A program made the position numbers and the translations under genes. Of a stretch of 64,000 bases of DNA, positions 11,060 to 23,180 are shown in pieces; position 1 is the first letter of the stretch; every line of letters starts with the position of its first letter. The notes below the pieces were generated by a model, which had not been told where the DNA came from, ran no database searches, and saw only the letters and a list, made by a program, of their open reading frames with translations. This DNA comes from Gracilinanus agilis (lineage: Eukaryota), in the NCBI RefSeq assembly GCF_016433145.1, contig NC_058133.1:53372120-53436119 (forward strand). The letters are read 5' to 3'.

Positions 11060-11925
11060 GAAATACCATTTCCTGCCTCCATTGTTTGCAATAATTACAA
11101 TAATTGCAGCTTATGCATGAAACAAATGACTCTTCAGACCAAATTAACATACATTCTGATATGTGATGTTTTTAAGACACAGATGGCAAAAGGTGATGGC
11201 AGGTAGAAATAAATATATGGAAAGAATGATTCAAGAAGAATAAATGAGAAAGGCTAAAGACTTGCAGATTACGAAGAAGCCTTATATCTCTGAATCATGA
11301 ATATTTCCCTTCATAAAAGAATTCATAGACCCTGAAAGTGATGAGTACTAAACAATAACAAAATAAGGAACTCTACTATATTTTTTAACAAATAGTTAAA
11401 GATTTGTTATTGACACAGAAACTACTCTTAAGGTAGCTATCTATTTATAATCAAATCATTAGATCTAAGATTAGAAAGAGGAAAAAAGAATAAGAAAAGA
11501 TATGGCATTCATTTAAAAGAACTTAATGATGAACTACTTGAACAAATAATTCAGATTTAAAAATGGGAAATGGACAACAGAATGACATAGATGTCAATTC
11601 TAATGATTTTATCCAGAAATTTAATGTAAATTATGAGTCACAGCAAAAAGATCAAAAGAGCCCAGAAAGCACATTTGTCAGAAAAAATCTGACTTATTCA
11701 CCTAATTGAGAGGGATGGTTGCCAAAGGCTACATGGAGTTAGAATATAAACTCATTTGCAAAATCTTATCAAGAAGGATGATGGCCAATTATGAAAAGGA
11801 TCATCTTATAAAGTTGAGTGTAAAGCAGTGAAGGGTAAATGCCATTTTATGTAAAGGGTGGCAAGATACCCAATTGAGCAAAATTATCCCAAAAGCATTC
11901 AAGGATGAAGATGGAAGAATTATCA
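11060..11925 (+). mobile_element. Degenerate RTE-clade LINE fragment
   Basis: caaaagagcccagaaa...gccaaaggc...ttagaatataaactcatttgcaaaatctta resembles marsupial RTE ORF; many stops. Confidence 0.65.
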
Positions 11926-12560
11926 ATCAATTAATCAGCCAATAAATATTTATTATGTGCCCACTATGTACCAGGCACCATGTAAGGTGCTAAGGGTACG
12001 AAGAAAAGCCAAAACAATCTCAAAGACCCTTACATCCTAGTGGAGAAAATAAGAAGTAAATAATTGGTGCCTACAAGTTAAATAAATCATAATTTTAGAA
12101 GGCAAGGTTCTAGTAGCTGCAAGAACTAAGAAAGACTTCCAGAGGAAGTAATTTAGGCTAAGTCTCAAAGGAAATCAGGGATTCTAAAGGATATAGATGA
12201 GGAGAGATAGCATTCTAGGAATGAGAGGCAGCCAGTACAAAGGCACAAGAAGAAGGCAGACAATGTGTGAGGAACACCAAAACAGTATGATTGAACTGTA
12301 GAATAAGTGTATGGTAGGAAAGCGTAGGAAAACTGGAAAGGCTGGAAGAGGACAAGCTAAAAAGAACTTTGAATGCCAAAGGACTTTAGGGAACCACTGA
12401 AGTTTGCCTAGCAGGAATAGAAGAGAGGTGACATGACTGGACTCATAGTTTAGGGAAATCACTAAATAGATTAGACATATGGATCTGGAAATCACTAGCC
12501 CAGAGATAATTATAAAATTCATGAGTACTGATGAAATCACCAGGAATGATAGAAGAGAAT
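11925..12560 (-). mobile_element. L2 3' region
   Basis: atttattatgtgcccactatgtaccaggcacc terminus then purine-rich L2 body. Confidence 0.8.
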
Positions 12561-12639
12561 GGGGGCGGGGGGGAACCTAATATCTCAGGTCCATATATTC
12601 TTATAGAAAGTGGTATAAATGACAAAAAAAAATAATAAG

Positions 12640-12800
12640 CAGAACTAGCACTTCCATAACTCTTAAAAGTTTGGAAAACATTTCCCATATACTATCTCAT
12701 TTGATCTTCATGACAATCTTGTGAGGAAGGTACCATTTCAATGCCATTTTACAGATGAGAAAACTAAGGCTGAGACATAAAGTAATTTTCCTAGTGACAA
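12640..12800 (-). mobile_element. MIR
   Basis: atctcatttgatcttcatgacaatc...ccattttacagatgagaaaactaaggct. Confidence 0.85.
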
Positions 12801-14624
12801 GCACTACGCTTGTTAAATAATAGGCACTAATGAATAGTTGTAGGTTGATTGGTTCAATTGTTTGCTTCTATACTGTGGTTGGGGAAAGAGACAAGAAAAA
12901 AATCAATCAAAACAGCATGCTTTATGCCTTCTTCAAGGAAGTGGCCCTCTTCACACCCCCACTAGACTACTTTCAAAGTTTACTTCTACCCTAAGAAGTA
13001 GAAACTCTATTTTCAACTCTCAGTGTGATTCTTGGATTGTATGATGACTGAGCATCCCAGGTGTGCTCCTAGAGGATAAAGATTAAACTTCCCCACAACT
13101 CACTTGGATTTGATTGGCTGTTCTGGGCCCCAGTGCATCAGAGCATCTGCCAAAAGTGTGTTCTTTCCCTTCTCTTTCCAACTTCAAATGGAGACATTCC
13201 TAACACAGAAAGTTCCTCACGTCTGAAGCTGGAAACTCTTATTCAAAGTTCTTAAGTTAGAAATGATTGGTTGAGAGCTGTTGCTTTTCTTCATTTATTT
13301 TGCTTGCAAACTCTTTTCAAGACTCATTTTGTCCTGGTGCCAATTTGTAGGGCTTTGTTCTTCTGCATACCAAGAATAAAAATGAATAAAGCAAATTACC
13401 TTGCTAAGTCTTGAATATAGTTTTAATTCCCAAATGTTGTAGATGGTAAAATTTCTTAAATAACGTACCATAAATAACTTCAAAAGATTTCTGATTTTAA
13501 AAAACCCTTATCGGGTTCGTTGTATTTATTGTCCATATAGGTTATGTATGTACGTATGGATTATCTAAGGGGAGGAATAATATGTGTGTATATTATATGT
13601 ATATATGTATAGAAAATGTATGTATGTGTGTATATCTGGAATCTCACTTCTTTCCAATGGAAATTTTGATATGTTCCCAGAGAGCAGCCAGAGAAGGGGC
13701 CAAGAGACTGGCCACTGTGCCCTCCTTAGAGAGAAGGTATCAGATTAGGATTGTAACTGTCTGGCTCCTAAATATTCCCATGAGGGGAATCTTATATTTG
13801 AAGACATGGCTCCTTCCTATCAAAAGCTAGCTACATTAAAGACCTTCAAAAATAATGAATAGGAAACAAAGTCATGTATCCATCAGGTTGTGATTGAGCA
13901 GATCACCCCCCTGCAAGCATATCATCAACTAGGGACTAACTATATACAGGAAGGTCAGGATCAGATGAGGGACTCAGGGTATAATGGACAAAGAACTTGA
14001 GTTGGTTCTTTGATGATCTTGCTTCATTTCTACTCCCTCCTCACAACAACACTCACATGAGTCCTTTTCAGTCCTCACCCATCTGTGTGTCCCCCTTCAT
14101 CTACTAAAGTATTTCTCATACCTTTTATTGAGGCTATATGGATATAGGGGAGTTTCAGGATCCAATAGTAATAAATTAAACTAAAGCAGATAAGGATAAG
14201 ACAGAAGTCTCTCAACTAAAGCAGACCCAAAAGTCTCCCAAATCCTCAACAAGTAACTGGTCCTGCTCAGGCTCGTTTGCTTTGAGCATTTGTCTATGTT
14301 GGCTCTAGACACTTAGATTCTAGAAGTATATATATGTGTATATATATATAAATTAATATACCCACTTACAGGCTTTCCCATTTATGGGGAACATGTTCAA
14401 GGAATGATATGGCCATCGTATATAATGCCCTTGCTTTGTTAAAAAAAAATCAAAAGAGAGTCAAACGTAGAGGGAACCAATGAAAGGCAAGGTCTGGGGC
14501 TGGATTATACTAATTCATTACCTAATTAATTAGGTAATAAGTTTTGATGCTTCACAAAGAAGCCATCTCTCAATTTGCCATTCACAGAAATTTTGATGAC
14601 TCCCATGTATTGATTTTTTATGTC

Positions 14625-14650
14625 TGTGTGTGTGTGTGTGTGTGTGTGTG
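14625..14650. repeat. (TG)n microsatellite
   Basis: 13 units read directly. Confidence 0.95.
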
Positions 14651-14764
14651 AATGGCACTGTGTTCCAACTTTCTATGAATTGCTTGCAGCTGGAGAGCTC
14701 TTTCTCCTACTCCTCCCTCATTCTTCATCAAAACAATCTTAACAGAAATCAGTACTTACTTTTT

Positions 14765-15015
14765 AAAGGCTCTCTATAGATGGCATAAAGGGTAGAGCAC
14801 CAAGTCTAAAGGCAGGAAGACTTTCAGTTCAAATCCAGCCTTGAGCCTTGACATTTACTAGGTGTATAACCCTAGACAAGACACTTAACTCTGTTTGCCT
14901 CAGTTTCCTCATCTGTAAAATGAGCTAGAGAAAGAAATGGAAGTCTACTCTAGTATCTTTTGCCAAGAAAACTTCAAATGGGATCACTAAGAATCTGAAA
15001 TGCCTGAACAACAAA
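14765..15015 (+). mobile_element. MAR1-type SINE
   Basis: Head, cctcagtttcctcatctgtaaaatgag core, tgccaagaaaac tail. Confidence 0.88.
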
Positions 15016-16744
15016 TATATGTTATCAGGTAATTAAACTAGAAATCAATTTGAATCAATATTTTTATTGAGTATTTACGCTGTGCCCTGTTGATTCAAAA
15101 TTTGGAACTACACTGATGGAGTTCTGAAATTCTATTTCCTACCTTTTCATACCTTTATGTATATAGACTTTGTCCATATTCCTTCTTCACCTCTGCCTTT
15201 TGGACCCTCCCAGCTCCTTTTAAAAAGCCAGATCAAATACCACTTCCTTTAAGAGGCCTTTCCTGATAATCCCAGTTGCTAGTAGCACACACCAACCCAA
15301 ACATGGGGAATTTATCCTGCATGCATTCTGTATTTACTTATCTGTGTACATTTTATACCCTTTCAGCAGATTTTGAGTTATTTAAAAAAAAAACCAAGGT
15401 CTATCTTATTTTTATATATATATAAAATATATAAATATATAAAAATTTATATATTTTATATTTATAGGCCTGGTGTAATAGATAAGAGTTCTGGGACCAA
15501 GCCCCACCTCAACTTTATCTTAGTTGTCAAGTCCCTTAATAGTCTAGAAAACCTTCTCGAATCAGTTATTAGGAAGGTGATGACTCACATTTCCACAGGA
15601 AGTATCCTCCCTTGGGAGTTCCCTATTCCAGTACAATCACAGGTCTAATTGCTGTCCATATTTATTTATTTATTCTTTTTCATTATTGGTGACCATAAGG
15701 ATTGGAAATACAGGCTGTGGCTTAGGTTTTGGGGGACACAGAGGACCAAAGAAGTTCATCACATCATCCTGTGATTCCAATATGCTTTGCCAATTTACCC
15801 ATAGCTTGTGCTTCAAAAGAATTTATTAACCAAATAATCTTTTCAGACCACTCTTTCCTAGAGCCAACAACTGATCACCAAGACCAGTTCAATGTACTAC
15901 AGACAAAGAAGCAGAGATTATGTCGTCCCTTCTCATCTGAGCCTTCTCTTCCTTATTTTGCCTTCTTAAAATATTTCTTTCTTCATAACCATAAGCCACA
16001 ATTTAAGTCTATTTTTAACTAACTAAGAATCAACAAGTAGCAAGTGATCCTCTACATTGCAAGATCTTGAATCAGGGACTGGGACGTTGTTGTTCAGCCT
16101 ACTTTTTTAAAACACAAGACCAAAAACTACCTACTTAAGACCCACATGGTTAGTATGCTTTGTTCTGGCTGGATTTTTCTGTTCAATTTTGTTTAGTTCA
16201 GTCCATTGAACATCAAACATTAAAAGCAGCTGGAAGACTTTGGTATAAATCTTCATTTTCAATTATAGAGTTTTGTGTAATGGAATCCAGGAAACAAAAT
16301 TAGAGGCTCTTTTGGGGCTGCAGGGTAGAGTTTCTTCAGTTTGGCTGGTCACCTCACCAATATTTGCTAAAAGAGTCCACAAACCAAATCCCTTTTGGTC
16401 TGTGGAAGAGAGGAAAAAACAGGTCATACTGTGTGTTTCATTTTTAATCACCATTTAGTGATGGAACATTCATAAGTGAGAGGCAGCTTGAGGCAATAAA
16501 GGTCTTTCCAGGAACAAAAGAAGCATCTGGTGCTGCTCATATTTTACAACCCCAAATCTATTTATGCCAATTGAGTGTGGCTAACCTGTTGATATGTTTT
16601 CACTTCTCCTTTTTTTTCCTCTTATCCTTCACCTCATTGTTTGGTAGGTGGTGAAATATTGTTGGAAAGGTGAATAGCAAAATACTAGTTGAATGAGAAT
16701 GGACATTTGAATGGATCCATTTATCTATAGGGTCCTAACATTTT

Positions 16745-17270
16745 ACATTGAGGCAAGTAGGTCACATATTAGATAGATGGTTGGACTTAAAGTCAAAGAG
16801 ATTTGAGTTTAAATCTTGCCTCTGACACTTAATGGCTATATAACTATGATGAAGAGAAGGTAGATGATACAGTGGATAGAAGACCTGGCCTAGAATTTTA
16901 AAGATCTGAGTTTGAATCCTGACTCCAACATTTACTAGGTGTGTGACTTTGAGAAAGTCATTTAACTCTTATTTGCCCCAGTTCCTCATCCAAAAAAGGG
17001 GGAAAGTCAGTGGAAAAGGAAATCGAAAAGCACTCCAGTACCTTTGCCAAGAAAATCCTATGGAGAAAGTTCATGCGTTCAGAAAGAATTAGGCATGATT
17101 GGACAACAACAATCATAGTCAAGTCATTTTAACCACTCTCAACCTCACTCATCTGTAAAATGAGGATAATAATAGTACCTTCTTCATAGGATTGTTGTAA
17201 GGTTCAAATGAGTTAACACATTTTGCAAACCTTAAAGTGCTATATAGATGTTAGCTATTTTTATTATTTT
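16745..17270 (+). mobile_element. MIR with nested MAR1 (about 16850-17115)
   Basis: Two heads in tandem; MAR1 tail, then MIR core and tail resume at 17115. Confidence 0.75.
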
Positions 17271-17283
17271 GAGAATCAGTCAT

Positions 17284-17312
17284 ATAACTAGAGAGAGAGA
17301 ATCTCTAGTTAT
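17284..17312. repeat. Perfect 11-bp inverted repeat with 7-nt loop
   Basis: ataactagaga / tctctagttat. Confidence 0.9.
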
Positions 17313-17489
17313 TTTTTATTGCCTAAGAAGATGCTTTGCCTTAGCTTCTTTAAACTTCAAAATATAAAACATCTTTGAAGTCTCTAATATGGTGTGTGTC
17401 TTTATCTTTTCCACTGCCTTCTTTTGGAAAGAAGCTATTTTAGTGAAGGAGGTAGATGGCAGGCTTAAGATTATAACAATGAAATCTCT

Positions 17490-17660
17490 CTGGAGGGAGT
17501 TAAATGCAATAGAAAGAATACTAGATGTGGGGGGAGGAGGTCCAAGGAACTTGAATTTGCATCTATCTCTGTTCCTTGCTAACTATATAATGTCGGACCA
17601 GTTATTTCATCTCTTTAGGCTCCTTTTTCTTCATCTATAAAATGAGATGGCCACATATTT
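17490..17660 (+). mobile_element. MIR/MIR3
   Basis: ttttcttcatctataaaatgagat core. Confidence 0.65.
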
Positions 17661-17699
17661 GCATAAGATAGGGCAGAAAAAAGATATTGTAAAAGAAAG

Positions 17700-19050
17700 T
17701 ATATAAGTATTTTGAGATGAAAAAGAGGAGAAGAGGGAGCTCACAGTGAATGGACTAAATTATTTCTTTAAAATATGAGGCAAAGTTTCTGCTAAGAAGA
17801 TAAGGGCAGAGGGAGTTATGGGAGGTTTAAAGAGGGATGAAAAAGTTTAGAAGAGTCACTGTGAAGTCAGATGGTAAGTGGATAAGACAGGTGTAGTAGG
17901 ACTGCTTAGCAGTAATTAGGGCCCAGGTAATAGACTCAGTCAGATTGGTTGCATGATTTTATCCGCCTTTTTCCAAAAGCATGCATGTAGAAATGAAGAT
18001 AGTGGATGGTGGGGGTGATCACAGGCTGAAACTTGATGAATTGAAATAAATGAAATGATAAGAAAGGCGAGAGACTTCAAGAGAAGATGACAGCCAAGAT
18101 TTTAACTGGATCATCAAAGGATCAAGATGGGGAAAAGAGGGGAGAATGCTAATGCAAGGATGACAGCCTGGGAAAGAACTGAGAGGTCAAGGGACTGGAA
18201 GTCACAAATGTGAATAAAGAGTAGAGTTCTGTAAGGGAAGGCAGAAGAACAAATGGAAATCCAATAGATTATAATCAAATAAAGAGATTTTGAAATTCTT
18301 AAACATGAATATAGTATGTTTTGTGGTTGATCTCAAGATCAAAGATATGGCCATCTCTGTGTTTAGCTAACTGAAGTAGGGTAGAAAAATAGATTATGGG
18401 GAATGAGAAAGATGAGGAACTGAGTGTTTAGAATGTTTGAAAGAGAATCAATAGGTATATTAGTCTGTAAGTATGAGTATAGGAACTAGGGAAGAGAGAT
18501 CAATTGTGAGCTGAGCATCACACTCCTTTAAGTAGAAAGGAAAATGACCTAGAGGTCTGTAAACAACAGATTCCAGAACTTTGATTGGACAGTATATATT
18601 AATTGTTTAAACTTCAAAAAATGAGGTATCACTGAACAATGGAGATAAGGGAAAATACTGGAAGTGGTAAAGGAGAGCAAGGAGCATTCCAGTTTTCCCA
18701 CATCAACTAGTGAAAGTAAAGAACTTCTACTCAAAAACATTTTTATGTGCCTACTATATGCCAGGCATTGTAAGTGCTGGGGATACAAAGAAAGATATGA
18801 TAGAGGAGTTCACAATCTAATGGGGGACACAATATGAAAATAAGTATAGATAACAATAAAGTTGAAGAATGAGGGAAAGGGTTCTGATAATAACGTAGAG
18901 GGTTCAGAATCACTGGTATGTAAAGAGTATGATCAGGTGTGAGAATGTTCATCATTGAGTGGAAGGCACCCCTCCTCTTCCCAGTGAAGGCTGGAAATCA
19001 GGCTGGAGACAAATGCAGCAAAAGGCACAAAGCCAAACGGAAGACTCTAT
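17700..19050 (-). mobile_element. Long degenerate L2 internal fragment
   Basis: Purine-rich reverse L2 ORF2 pattern; interrupted at 18715-18853. Confidence 0.6.
18715..18853 (+). repeat. Direct duplicate of 20761-20921
   Basis: 18-bp identical block plus 119-bp block with one mismatch. Confidence 0.95.
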
Positions 19051-19098
19051 TTCACTGAACATCTCTCCTCTAAAGGCTAGGGCTTAGGCAGGAGTGAG

Positions 19099-19130
19099 GA
19101 AGGAAGGAAGGAAGGAAGGAAGGAAGGAAG
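19099..19130. repeat. (GGAA)n microsatellite running into the gap
   Basis: Read directly. Confidence 0.95.
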
Positions 19131-19596
19131 NNNNNNNNNNNNNNNNNNNNNNNNNNNNNNNNNNNNNNNNNNNNNNNNNNNNNNNNNNNNNNNNNNNNNN
19201 NNNNNNNNNNNNNNNNNNNNNNNNNNNNNNNNNNNNNNNNNNNNNNNNNNNNNNNNNNNNNNNNNNNNNNNNNNNNNNNNNNNNNNNNNNNNNNNNNNNN
19301 NNNNNNNNNNNNNNNNNNNNNNNNNNNNNNNNNNNNNNNNNNNNNNNNNNNNNNNNNNNNNNNNNNNNNNNNNNNNNNNNNNNNNNNNNNNNNNNNNNNN
19401 NNNNNNNNNNNNNNNNNNNNNNNNNNNNNNNNNNNNNNNNNNNNNNNNNNNNNNNNNNNNNNNNNNNNNNNNNNNNNNNNNNNNNNNNNNNNNNNNNNNN
19501 NNNNNNNNNNNNNNNNNNNNNNNNNNNNNNNNNNNNNNNNNNNNNNNNNNNNNNNNNNNNNNNNNNNNNNNNNNNNNNNNNNNNNNNNNNNNNNNN
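19131..19596. other. Assembly gap, 466 N
   Basis: Read directly. Confidence 1.
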
Positions 19597-19619
19597 TTAT
19601 CTCCTTTGACCTAGGAGGT

Positions 19620-19790
19620 AGATGCAATGATTAGTCGCATTCAACACTTGGGAGAAAAACTAAAACAGATAGAGGTTAACTGACTTACCCAGGATCATAC
19701 AACTAATAAAGTCAAAAGACCTCATTTGAACTTATGTCTTCCTGATTCTGGACCCTGCCCTCTATCCATTGCTTTACCTAACTGCTTCAA
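19620..19790 (-). mobile_element. MIR
   Basis: gaggttaactgacttacccaggatcatacaactaataa...tttgaactta. Confidence 0.7.
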
Positions 19791-19946
19791 ACAGACGTTT
19801 GTCAGGTATAATAAGAATTCCTTTTATGATGGGTTTGGGTATATGGATATTGATATATTTCCCAATTCTCAAATTCAGTGATCTTGGTAGGATCAAATTT
19901 TTTCATAGATAAATATTTCACATTATTTAAAATATACTGGAATATA

Positions 19947-20196
19947 CAGGATATGCTGATAAATGTTTAGCAATCAGATTTGGGGGGGGGGGTGAAATGA
20001 CGTGTGCATGACAATCTTTTAAGTTTAATCTGCATTATTAATATTTTTTCCACCAACTTAAGTCTGGACAATCAACAAAACAACAAACCAAGTCTTGATT
20101 TATAGCTTTTGCCAACTTCTGAGCTATAAATGCTCACACTCAAAACTTAACAATCAGTCCTCCAGAAACAATAAAGCTGGCTGCGACATACTCCTG
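19947..20196. mobile_element. MER63-like non-autonomous hAT element
   Basis: caggatatgctgataaatgtttagcaatc start, gctggctgcgacatactcctg end; related copy at 25453-25690. Confidence 0.65.
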
Positions 20197-20789
20197 CTTA
20201 AAGGACAGTAAATAGTGCAAAGTAAATGCACTTAAGGATATCCTTTTGGGATATCTGTCAGAAGGCAGTTCCCCAAAATATAAAGCTTCTTAATAATTTT
20301 GAGCAGCAAGAAGGAATTTGAATAGCTAACAGCTATGGCAGAACCAGGTGGGCTTCAGAGAAGTAAAAATGTAGGACCCAATAGAAGAGTAGTTTCTAGA
20401 TTTAGAAGTTTATATCATGACTTCTGAAGCCATATTGCCCCTACATGTAATGCTCAAGACTCTAGGATTATGATCATGGGAAAGAATTCTGAGGACCTAT
20501 TTCCATTGCTGCTTCTATTAATTTCGGAAAATTTTAAGATCCAATCTTGAGGTTCTATTGACCATTGAGTGATGAAATCCTTTAGGCTCCCAATCCACTG
20601 CTACCTTCTCTATAAACCCTTGCTTGTTCTCCCAAGTCAATGAACTTTCTTCCTTCTATAGCCTTTGCATAGTTTAGGTTTTTTATGCCCATCATGCTAG
20701 TGAGAGGTAGGAAACTCTCCCCTTTGTAGACAATGCCTATAGTAAAATTGATTAGAATATAGTAAAGAACTTCTACTCTACACCAGCTA

Positions 20790-21200
20790 ACAGTCAGTCA
20801 ATAAACATTTTTATGTGCCTACTATATGCCAGGCATTGTAAGTGCAGGGGATACAAAGAAAGATATGATAGAGGAGTTCACAATCTAATGGGGGACACAA
20901 TATGAAAATAAGTATAGATAAAAAAAAGCCCTAGAAAGAATAAAATGGAAATACTCAATAGAAAGAAGGTTCTAGAATTAAGAGAGATTGAAAAAGACTT
21001 TCTCTAGAAGGTAGGATTTTAGCAGGGCTTAAAGAAAAGTAAGGAAGCCAGAAGGTAGAGAAAAGGAGAGAGAGCCTTCTTGACAAAGAGGGCATCCAGT
21101 GAGTCAGGAGATGGAGTGTGCTATTTGAGGAATGGCCATGAGATCAGTGTCACTGGATTACAGAGCAGCTTGAGTATACTTGGTCTGCTGAAGCAAGAAA
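20790..21200 (-). mobile_element. L2/L2-tailed element
   Basis: cagtcaataaacatttttatgtgcctactatatgccaggc terminus. Confidence 0.75.
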
Positions 21201-21249
21201 GAGCGTGTGCATGTAGCCAAAGATAGAGGAGAAAAAGAAACAGAGTAAG

Positions 21250-21430
21250 GGGACAGCTAGGTGGCTCACTGGGTTAAGAACCATGCCTAGAATTGAGATG
21301 TCCCAGGTTCAAATCTGGCCTCAGATACTTCCTAGCTGTGCAACCCTAGGCATGTCATTTAACCTCCACTGCCTAGCCATGATCACCCTTCTGCCTTGGA
21401 ACCAATACAAGATATTGATTCAGGATTCAG
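21250..21430 (+). mobile_element. SINE1-type element
   Basis: gggacagctaggtggctcactggg...ccttctgccttggaaccaatac. Confidence 0.88.
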
Positions 21431-21824
21431 AAGGCAGAAGATAAAGATTTGGGGTTTTTTTTTAATTAATCACTGAAGAGTATCAAAGAAGCTGAACTGA
21501 TTAAGATCTTAAACTCTTGTGTTAGTCTCAGCACAAACGAACTTGTGAAAAATTGGTTTACATAATTTTTTGTGAGGTTGAGGCTCCAGGTAAAGTTCTT
21601 ATTTGAAATAGTCCTCATTTCTTGGTTAGTGAATTTAGAACTTTTCCCTGAGGTCGGTCTTGATGATTTTGCTCTCAAAAAGGAATGTTTTGTCTCTGTG
21701 TGTATAGAAAACTGGGGGATCCTGATGGAGCTCTCTATTAATCTCTTTTTCTCTGGGTAAAGCAAGATGGAACTGATGAAACTGGCTAGATTGTTTATAA
21801 GTATTAGCCAAGTCTGAGCTGTAA

Positions 21825-22030
21825 GTGAAGCTAGAAACCATAAAATCATAGATCTAGTAAAAGAAAGAAGTACAGAGGTCATATAATCTGACATTCTCCT
21901 TTTGTAAATATAGCAAAACGATGCGCAGAATTTCCAAGTGACTTCCCTAAGGTCATACAAGTAATACCTTCAAAAGTAAGATTGTAACCCAAGTTGATTC
22001 TAGAACTAGTGCCCTTTCCCCTGTGCTGTG
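21825..22030 (-). mobile_element. MIR3-like SINE
   Basis: aatcatagatcta...agtgacttccctaaggtcatacaagtaa. Confidence 0.6.
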
Positions 22031-22769
22031 GATGAGTTTTGGCATAAGATCAAAATAATTTAGCTTCTATTGTGACAAGTGTCTCTGGTGTCCCCCTTGT
22101 TTCCACTTCCCAGAAACTGCACTTAGGGAGAGCTAGCATTTTCTTGCCCTGATATGTATACCTCTCCTGTACACTTATATATTTTTGCAATTCTTTGTGT
22201 ATGAACTCCATTCACCTATCACATTGCAAGCTCCCTGAGGCAAGTAACTATTTCTTAATTATTTTCTAATTTCATCCAGAAATGAAAGCACTACATTATG
22301 TGAAGAGGCATTTACCAAGCAATTGCTGGATGAACAAATGAATGAACAATCTCTCAGTGATCAGCACATAAGTAGACAACATCTAGATGTCTTTCTCTTC
22401 CTAATTTATTTCACAATCACAGGAGGGATGTTAGCATATCAAAAGAATACTTTTAACACAATGTTTCAGCCTTAGAAGAAAAGAAGTAGAATTCATCATT
22501 TTTCTAAGATCAACAATGGCCATTTGATTTATGAGTATTAAGTACTAGTGAGAACAGGTACCATTTCAATAAACAACATGTACAGTAGAGAAGTGCCCAG
22601 AGTTTAATGTCTAGTCAAAAGTATTTCTTAGGGAGGGGAGAGAAATAGATGATTTCTTCTATAAATTTGTCTTGGAGAAGAAAATATCTTATTCTTCACC
22701 AATTTTTTAGAAATAATTGATCCCTTCAAATTAATACTCCAAACTATAAGGTCAATGAGGTATAAATTT

Positions 22770-23180
22770 TTATCTGTATGAAGGAAGGTCCTTGCAAATG
22801 GGTGGACTCTCTAGAAATGGACATGGACATCAATTCTACAGAATGGAGGAGGGTGGCAGGAGGACATGGGTTGAGTTGTATAGTAAGAGAAAGTATGGAT
22901 GACTGTCATCTACACCGGTGAAGATGATACCTGTACAGAGGAGATTACATGTCCATTAAGGATCACAGTGCAGAAATACCAATATGTGAATGGAAGACAA
23001 GTTTTGGGAAATGTGGAATGAGGAAATGATGATGAGGTAGCAGGAGACACTGTAGACTACTCTTCTTGAAGTTTCCCAGTTAGGGGGAGAAATCTGAGAC
23101 AGTAGCTTAAAGAGATAAAGAGGTCAAGAAGTCTTTTTTTAGAATTGGAAAAACCTGACCATATTTGTAGGTGGTAGAAA
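22770..23180 (-). mobile_element. L2 fragment
   Basis: Purine-rich reverse L2 body (ggagacactgtagactactcttcttgaag). Confidence 0.55.

Noticed and set aside
19070-19627. 171-185 aa ORFs
   Set aside because: Artefacts of translating the N gap.
21466-21960. 164-aa minus-strand ORF
   Set aside because: Its start lies in a MIR3-like SINE, it has no recognisable domain, and composition is that of AT-rich noncoding DNA.
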